Origin: Amoebophrya sp. A120
Taxonomy: Eukaryota > Protista > Dinoflagellata
DNA length: 13,437 bases
Reading direction: 5' to 3'
NCBI GenBank assembly: GCA_905178155.1
Contig: CAJINV010000019.1
Coordinates: 1,314,007-1,327,443, forward strand
The notes under the pieces are model-generated. The model ran no database searches, was not told the DNA's origin, and worked only from the letters and a program-made list of their open reading frames with translations. Positions within the stretch are counted from its first letter, which is position 1. Every line of letters starts with the position of its first letter. Shown here piece after piece: positions 9,001 to 13,437 of this stretch. The position numbers and the translations under genes are program-made.

Positions 9001-11231
9001 CACATCACGCTGGTGTTGGGGCAAGTGGTATCGTAAAGAAAAATCCCCCCTCCCCATATTGAAAACGCATCCATCTGAAAATTTGTGATGCACATTTGTG
9101 ACCTCAAATCTTGTCTGTCTTGCAAGAAGGCAAGTCCAGAGAGCCCCCTGCATTTTGCAGGCGGTTTGTGATGCTGTTGGACTTAGAGCATACACGTTTG
9201 TTATGCTAGGCGCCTACGTCAAAACCTCTCGGCCGAGGCTTGACATATGCCTGCAGTCCTGTACTGCAAGACAAATCCGATCTGTGTACGGAAATCCAGC
9301 ATCAGAAACTTCGTTTCGATATGGGGAGGGGGGATGTTTCCTTCTGATAAGTGGCACCGCGACGTCGCCGCCCCGTGCAGCACAAAAACCGCTGTTGTCC
9401 CGTGGGGAGGAGTATGCACTGCAAATATGTCTGGGTCTGGAAGGGTGTAAACTTGTGATGCTGCATCTGGATTCCAAGGAAATCTGTATTGCGAGGCCAG
9501 CAAAAGGAATCTAAATCTAATTGGTGCTACGCTGAGAGTGCATTTGTCATGCGAAATAGGTACCAAGAACCCCTCAAAGAATCTGTGATGCTAGGGCATG
9601 CATCACAGACGTCATGGCCCATGCAAAACGTGCATGACAAGTCTCAGAATCGTTTAGACCCAGACATATTCGCAATGCATAAGGAGTTCGGGCGACGGGT
9701 GGCCGGGCACATGGTCGCCGAAAACGAGCGGAAGCGCAAGGCCTTGGCCTCGGAGTTGCGCCGGGAGCGGGAGCGGGATATGCTGTGGCTGCGGCGGCTG
9801 TGCAAAGAAACCGAGCGGGAAATCGATTGTTCCTTGCGTCCCCGGGCTGTCCGGGTTTGGCACAGCAGCGCCGACGAGAAGTACGGCAACACTCCGGGCG
9901 CGCGGATAGAGAAGTTCAGGGAAAAACAAGAAGAACTCAAGTGCGCGCATCGCATGTGTCGCGAGTTTTTCAGGAGGAAGTGGACCTCCTCCACCGGGGC
10001 AGCATCATCTTCCGACGCGGCAGCAGCTTCTTCGTCAGGAGATCTCGTTCATCCTAGTGCAGGGGAACAAGGAGGTTCATGCAGGAGCAGCATTTTGGAG
10101 CCCATAAATGCGCTAACTCTGTTTCGCTGCAGGCCCCCCGCCGGCATGACCAAGCCGGCTGCGCCAAGTGCTCCTGCGACGGATGGTGGGTCTCCTGCAG
10201 TATCCTCTGGCAGCTTCTACTGCAACTTCGGTGAAGATGTTGAAAAATCCTCATCGCAGCTATTCAACCGACACCTCGGCCTCGTCGACCCATTTTTGGA
10301 CGAAGCTTCGTCGCGGCTGGACGAATTGCGCGACCTTGGGCTGTATGCATTACATACAAATATGTCTGGGTCCGGAAGAGTGCAAGACTTGTCATGCTAG
10401 TCTGGCATGACGCTGAGCTCTGTATTGCGTGGCCAGCGAGAGGTCCTCTTGTCTGTCGTGCAAGAAGGCTGTTTGTCATGCGGATTACGCAACATGGAGC
10501 CACAGAAAAATTTGTCTTGCTTGGCGGCGCATCACCATGCGCTTTCTATTCACCGACATGCATCACAGGTTTCCAGACCCAGACATATTTTTTGCACTCG
10601 ATAGGGAGACGCTGGAGGCCGGGTTTGCCGATCCAGGGGACCGCGAGCGCGCTATCAAAAGGAAAAATCCCCCCTCCCCATATCGACACGAAGTTTCTGA
10701 TGCTGGATTTGCTTACACAAATCGGATCTCTCTTGCAGTCGAGGACTGCAAGCCCATATCAAGCCCGAGTAGAGAGGTGCTGGCCTAGGTGCTTAGCATG
10801 CGACAGGCCTATGCTATAGGCCCAGTAGCATCACAAACCGCCTACATAATGCGGCGGGGCCTGTGGGGTTGCCTCTTTGCAAGACAGGGACGATTTGTGG
10901 TCACAAATCAGCATGGCAAATTTTCTGAAGTGTGTCTTTTCGATATGGGGAAAGGGGATTTTTTCTTACGATACGCGCCGAGGAATTGGCCGCACTGGAC
11001 CCGTGTGGGGCGCGATTGCTGGAATTGGAACGCCGCGTGGATGAGTGCCTCAACTTCTACGTTCCCCCGGACGGAGGTTCTTCGGTTGATGAAGGTGAGC
11101 CCGAGGGTGAATCTGTGCCTGAGGTGGGATGGCATGCTCGCCTGTTTGGGTCGGAATACGACCCGTCATCGGGGGACGACCCGTCGTCGGACGACGCTCG
11201 AAACGACCCGTCGTCGGACGAGGAAGACTGA
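33..11231 (+). CDS. Gene 1: large hypothetical protein, 5'-truncated, about 2232 aa in window, 15 exons: join(33-78,336-736,1791-2858,3140-3697,3972-4129,4462-4519,4761-5245,5459-6160,6373-7417,7698-8744,8910-9028,9355-9412,9687-10343,10609-10652,10979-11231). Junctions can slide within each 5-bp TSD.
   Basis: Manual splicing (element plus one TSD copy removed) is in frame at all 14 junctions. Exon sum is 6699 nt = 2233 codons with no internal stop, ending TGA at 11229-11231. It links ORF-track entries 359, 1605, 3086, 3783, 4761, 5301, 6338, 7713, 8871, 9098, 9489, 10429 and 10932. No recognisable family. Confidence 0.88.
79..330 (+). mobile_element. Introner A1 (family A, 252 bp)
   Basis: 30-bp TIRs at 79-108 and 301-330 (28/30 match); perfect TSD TACGT at 74-78 and 331-335. 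Confidence 0.93.
336..736 (+). CDS. Gene 1 exon 2 (FIPGPLFYLWSVAAYLL...ELRKYHP)
   Basis: Frame of ORF 359..790; joins 1791 in frame. Confidence 0.8.
737..1785 (+). mobile_element. Long introner L (1049 bp), degenerate family A with about 0.7 kb extra internal sequence
   Basis: Ends TATCAACTGCAAATATGTAGTT and AACTACATCTTTGCAATCCATA; TSD ACCCT/ACCCG; shares TAGGCAT...AACCTCCTCAAAA with A3; removal restores the frame. Confidence 0.82.
1791..2858 (+). CDS. Gene 1 exon 3 (RHTTDQQ...VLQHYDV), charged, coiled-coil-like
   Basis: Core of ORF 1605..2978; in frame on both sides. Confidence 0.88.
1884..1913 (+). repeat. (GAA)n-like coding microsatellite, EEEEEREEEK
   Basis: GAAGAAGAAGAAGAAAGAGAAGAAGAAAAA. 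Confidence 0.8.
2859..3134 (-). mobile_element. Introner A2 (family A, 276 bp, inverted)
   Basis: TATGTACTGCAAATATCGATCTGGGTCTGGAA ... TCTAGATCCAGACACTTATTTGCGTTTGACA; TSD ATGTG/CTGTG; the reverse complement of its interior (CATGCGGACTACGCAACA) matches the A5 forward interior (CATGCGGATTACGCAACA). Confidence 0.87.
3140..3697 (+). CDS. Gene 1 exon 4 (ATDVATF...AKRVAM)
   Basis: Core of ORF 3086..3760; in frame on both sides. Confidence 0.85.
3698..3966 (+). mobile_element. Introner A3 (family A, 269 bp)
   Basis: TATGCATTGCAAACATGTCTGGGTCTAGAA ... TTCCAGACCCAGACATGTTTGCATTTGATA; eroded TSD CGATG/AGATT. Confidence 0.9.
3972..4129 (+). CDS. Gene 1 exon 5 (SRATATT...GFLRS)
   Basis: Part of ORF 3783..4271; in frame on both sides. 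Confidence 0.82.
4130..4456 (+). mobile_element. Introner B1 (family B, 327 bp)
   Basis: TATCAAAACGAAAAATCCCCCCTCCCCATATCGAAA ... TTTGATATCGGGAGGGCGGATTTTTCCTTACGATA; perfect TSD TCCAA. Confidence 0.93.
4462..4519 (+). CDS. Gene 1 micro-exon 6 (KREEVRENPFYLYFSNGTNV)
   Basis: 58 nt between elements B1 and C; not in the ORF track; bridges the frames of exons 5 and 7 exactly. Confidence 0.8.
4520..4755. mobile_element. Introner C (236 bp)
   Basis: About 41-bp TIRs with the core ACATTCTCAACTGTTACATGAA / TTCATGTAACAGTTGAGAATGT; perfect TSD ATGTC. Confidence 0.92.
4761..5245 (+). CDS. Gene 1 exon 7 (LAHFRAME...DTGIM)
   Basis: ORF 4761..5288 up to element D1. Confidence 0.85.
5246..5453 (+). mobile_element. 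Introner D1 (family D, 208 bp)
   Basis: TATGCAAGAAAAAAACTGTGTTAGTGTAACT ... AGTTACACTTACACACTTTTTTTCTTCCATA; perfect TSD ATGTC. Confidence 0.92.
5459..6160 (+). CDS. Gene 1 exon 8 (SWADMEDE...KTTDA), first HCHCVQ repeat
   Basis: Core of ORF 5301..6338; in frame on both sides. Confidence 0.88.
5711..5755 (+). repeat. 15-bp x3 coding tandem repeat (SLSAI SLSDI SLSAS)
   Basis: TTCTTTATCTGCGAT / TTCTTTATCTGATAT / TTCTTTATCTGCGAG; frame-preserving. Confidence 0.9.
6161..6367. mobile_element. Introner E (207 bp)
   Basis: TATCAAACAAAAAAAGTTCGTCACGATCACT ... AGTGACTGTGACAAACTTTTTTCTCTCCATA; perfect TSD GCGTT. Confidence 0.92.
6373..7417 (+). CDS. Gene 1 exon 9 (FQFTNGY...RMLQL), second HCHCVQ repeat
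   Basis: Core of ORF 6338..7438; in frame on both sides. Confidence 0.88.
7418..7692. mobile_element. Degenerate introner G (275 bp); can also be read as a GT-AG intron 7414-7693
   Basis: GTGCTATCCTGTGCAA / TTGCACGTGATAGCAC inverted ends; no TSD; removing 280 bp restores the frame. Confidence 0.75.
7631..7660 (+). repeat. 15-bp x2 tandem duplication inside element G
   Basis: TATATGACCACAAGA twice. Confidence 0.85.
7698..8744 (+). CDS. Gene 1 exon 10 (PEREFLETAP...NEGTS)
   Basis: Frame of ORF 7713..8795, open back to 7653; in frame on both sides. Confidence 0.86.
8745..8904. mobile_element. Degenerate introner F (160 bp)
   Basis: TATCTACAGGAAA...GTACACGTACAAATGCA and TGCATCTTGTACATGTAC...TTTGTATTGCATA; TSD CAAGT/CAACT; contains the in-frame stop 8793-8795 that removal eliminates. 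Confidence 0.82.
8910..9028 (+). CDS. Gene 1 exon 11, Gly/Ser-rich
   Basis: Part of ORF 8871..9062; in frame on both sides. Confidence 0.8.
9029..9349 (+). mobile_element. Introner B2 (family B, 321 bp)
   Basis: Family B TIRs; interior colinear with B1; perfect TSD AGTGG. Confidence 0.93.
9355..9412 (+). CDS. Gene 1 micro-exon 12 (TATSPPRAAQKPLLSRGEE)
   Basis: 58 nt between elements B2 and A4; bridges the frames exactly. Confidence 0.8.
9413..9681 (+). mobile_element. Introner A4 (family A, 269 bp)
   Basis: TATGCACTGCAAATATGTCTGGGTCTGGAA ... TTTAGACCCAGACATATTCGCAATGCATA; perfect TSD AGGAG. Confidence 0.93.
9687..10343 (+). CDS. Gene 1 exon 13 (FGRRVAGH...LRDLGL)
   Basis: Core of ORF 9489..10400; in frame on both sides. 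Confidence 0.86.
10344..10603 (+). mobile_element. Introner A5 (family A, 260 bp)
   Basis: TATGCATTACATACAAATATGTCTGGGTCCGGAA ... TTCCAGACCCAGACATATTTTTTGCACTCGATA; eroded TSD GGCTG/GGGAG. Confidence 0.88.
10609..10652 (+). CDS. Gene 1 micro-exon 14 (TLEAGFADPGDRER)
   Basis: 44 nt between elements A5 and B3; bridges the frames exactly. Confidence 0.78.
10653..10973 (-). mobile_element. Introner B3 (family B, 321 bp, inverted)
   Basis: Interior is the reverse complement of B2 (GAAGTTTCTGATGCTGGATTT vs AAATCCAGCATCAGAAACTTC); perfect TSD CGCGC. Confidence 0.93.
10979..11231 (+). CDS. Gene 1 terminal exon 15, acidic tail (...DPSSDEED*)
   Basis: Part of ORF 10932..11231; followed by AT-richer non-coding sequence. 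Confidence 0.83.
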
Positions 11232-11303
11232 GGATGTCAAAAATTATGCATGGGTCGGAATACGACCCGTCGTCGGACGAGGAAGACTGAGGATGTCAAA
11301 AAT
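11147..11303 (+). repeat. Tandem duplication of the gene 1 3' end including the stop codon
   Basis: 42-bp copies at 11203-11244 and 11262-11303; 21-bp copies at 11147-11167 and 11251-11271; GACCCGTC x4. Confidence 0.88.
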
Positions 11304-12551
11304 GCATGCAAAGACCGTTGACGCATGTGCGTTCTTCTACAAGGAAATCGAACGCGTTATTAGAAATTTAGATAATTTTTCCGAGAGCGCTGATGCAGCG
11401 GTTTACTGATAGTGTAGTTCTGCTTTGTAGTTTTCCCCTGTCCTTTTGAGCAGCCGTTTGTTCAGAACCTCCACCAAAGTGGGCTATCTACAAGAGAAAT
11501 ACCCCTTATTTGACTTGTTCTGCACCTGCAGTGAAGAAGTCTGAAAAATTTTAATTGTCATCTGTGCTCTCCTTTTATTTTGGTGCGGGGAGAAAGAGCA
11601 TTACACATAAGCAACACGATGTTGGCTTTCTTGCACATGATGGGGATTTGGAAGAACATACAAGAATGTTTTGATGTTGATAAACATACTACGTGATATT
11701 ATGAGATGGATTTGGAGATTGACATTCATTGATAATATTCGGTCACGCACCGCAATTTCTACATATTGCATTCGTACTAGTAGCAACATAGCCTTCATTG
11801 TTTGTGGAATTTATAAAGAGAACGTATCTTCATCATGCAAAGAATAGCGCAAGCCCTTGTTGTAGATATCATATACATACACTCATCATCGGTGTTGGTG
11901 TCCACCAGTTCTGTTGTTTCTTTTTAATGCGAAGATATGCGATGCTGCACGCTTGTGCCGTGTTGGAACCAATCGCATGAAAACACGGAAAGAAGATAAA
12001 GGCCGGGGATATTTTTAGACAGGTCGGAGAACGACCACAGGTCTCTGTACTTGAAGCATATTGAAGACAGCCGTTTGTCCTCAAGAAAAAACACCTGAAT
12101 TCGCACTGCACGACCAAGATTGAAGCAAACGGAACGCCAAACTAGATGAAACTCGGCCGGCGCATTGAAGGGTGAGGTGTAAGAACAAGGTCCACCTCGC
12201 TGGTTCGTCACCGCGTTCTGCTGTGCGTGTCCTTTTCTTGCCATCTTCACGGAGGTCTTTCGCTTCTGCACTGTTTTCTGGGAGGCTGCAAGAAGTGAGA
12301 TCGATACGTGGATGACCTGTTTTCTTTTCGGGCACATAAGTAAATCAGAAATGTTGAGAGGTGGTAATTTCAGAGAGGAGCAGTCACCGTCAAAGATTCC
12401 TGATCCAACCGCCGCGCAGATGAGCTGCAGCGAGAGATAAGAATGCGAAAATTGGCTCGGCTTTGAAGCCCAAGTGATGTAATTACAATCGAGAAGTGAT
12501 ACATCATATTGATCACGCGTGGCAATATTAAGTCTTTGATGTTTTCAAAAG

Positions 12552-13297
12552 ATGAAGAACGCACCTCCACAAGCCGACGGAGAAAAGCGCAAAATCGCGG
12601 CCTTGTTGAACGAATGGGACCGCACAATAGGCCTGTTGAACGAAGCACTGCGCACCGGAAACGCCGCCGATGCGGAGCGGCTTGCGGTACAGCTGGCGAA
12701 TCGCGCGGCGCCTGTGCTGGCGCATGTGAAAGTTGACCAGCGTGCTGGGACGACGAGGAGAAGTGGGACGTCGAGACAACACGGCGGACTACAGTTTTAT
12801 CAAGAAGACGAGGAAGTATTGTACTTCTCCGGCTCCAGCAAAACTTGGATTCCAGCGACAGTGACAAGTGTCATAGCTCCTCCCGCTCGGAGCGAAATCG
12901 GTGTACCGACTATCCAAGAAAAAAACGTTGATAGTGTAAATTTGTGATGCGCAACATGCAAGATGATTGCGTCTGTCATGCTTGGCATGCGTCTTAGGGT
13001 CCATTAAAGGGCGCTTTCACGTGCTATCTGCGCATGACAGGTTTTTGCTGTCATGCCAGGCAAACTTGTAATGCTGTTCTTCCACCAGAAAAGTTACACC
13101 TACAATGTTTTTTTCTTGGATACCGACGTACACACTGGATGTGAAGCCGGGTTGGGAAGTGGAGAGGTGGCGGCTAAAAAAGAAGGATCAGCAACAAGGT
13201 TTTTTATCTGAAGACGATGTAAATCAAGATAATGATTTATCCGAAGACTATTCTCTCTCTACGGACTTCTCCAGCTGCGCCACCGCTGGCGGCCGCG
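12552..13297 (+). CDS. Gene 2, 3'-truncated: join(12552-12910,13128-13297); hypothetical protein with a probable Tudor/SH3-like beta-barrel
   Basis: ATG at 12552. Removing 12911-13127 fuses ORF 12552 to ORF 13105 in frame (IGVPT|YTLDVKPG). The pattern VLYFSGSSKTWIPATV...YTLDVK...WRLKK resembles Tudor/Agenet-type barrels (by eye). The start codon is uncertain because an AG directly precedes the ATG. Confidence 0.78.
12911..13122 (-). mobile_element. Introner D2 (family D, 212 bp, inverted relative to D1)
   Basis: TATCCAAGAAAAAAAC ... GTTTTTTTCTTGGATA; perfect TSD CCGAC; reverse complement aligns with D1 (CATGACAG..AAA.CTGTCATGCG). Confidence 0.92.
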
Positions 13298-13437
13298 TAT
13301 CAAAAGGAAAAATCCCCCCTCCCCATATCGAAACAGTATGACTCCGAAAATTTGTGTTGCTGATTTGAGACCACAAATCACGTCTGTCTTGCAAGAAGAC
13401 AAGTGCAGGGGCTTCCGGGCCATTATGGAAGCGATTT
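13298..13437 (+). mobile_element. Introner B4 (family B), truncated by window end
   Basis: 138/140 nt identical to B1 4130-4269 by manual comparison. Confidence 0.92.

Noticed and set aside
9320-9335. G-quadruplex in the family B TIR (GGGGAGGGGGG)
   Set aside because: There are only two G-runs per end, and they are expected to pair with the C-rich opposite TIR.
1-10603. TTCCAGACCCAGACAT repeats as a CRISPR array or integron-like gene-cassette sites
   Set aside because: The copies alternate in orientation with irregular spacing and no cas or integrase gene is present. TSDs flank the short elements rather than the ORFs, and the ORFs lack their own starts and stops but join in frame.
3929-10819. 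Repeated peptides such as KNPPSPYR and IPPPHIETKFLMLD as a protein family or transposase fragment
   Set aside because: They are read-through of family B TIRs in different frames and strands; no DDE or other catalytic motif is visible.
1605-11409. Treating ORF-track entries (457, 345, 366, 360, 303 aa etc.) as separate genes
   Set aside because: Their N- and C-termini are translations of element sequence (recurrent PDPDIF, KNPPSPY, MSGSGRV, CLGLE peptides); only the cores are exons.
11924-12337. Minus-strand ORFs (137 aa and 84 aa) in the intergenic region
   Set aside because: They overlap, have no recognisable motif and no element-junction support. A small gene cannot be excluded without RNA data.
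12440-12551. Relic dinoflagellate spliced leader upstream of gene 2
   Set aside because: Only TTGGCTC matches CCGTAGCCATTTTGGCTCAAG, which is too short to be meaningful. The AG before ATG 12552 is only a possible acceptor.

Overview
Eukaryotic genomic DNA rather than a prokaryotic locus. The fragmented + strand ORFs are exons of two genes interrupted by at least 17 MITE-like elements (15 complete, 2 cut by the window edges). The elements are 160-327 bp, plus one of 1049 bp. Each starts TAT(C/G), ends (C/G)ATA (one GACA), has terminal inverted repeats (TIRs), usually with a TAT-N7-AAA end, and is usually flanked by a 5-bp target-site duplication (TSD): 9 perfect, 3 at 4/5, 2 at 3/5, 1 absent. 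Deleting each element plus 5 bp joins the neighbouring ORFs in frame at all 15 junctions I checked by hand. This gives a 5'-truncated, stop-free CDS of about 2232 codons (33-11231, 15 exons) and a second gene starting at 12552. Most junctions cannot give GT-AG ends, and copies of one family occur in both orientations, so these look like transposon-derived non-canonical introns (introners). They resemble the TAT-initiated inverted-repeat introner elements I recall being described in the parasitic dinoflagellate Amoebophrya; that attribution is from memory and needs a search. No transposase, RNA gene or CRISPR array was seen.
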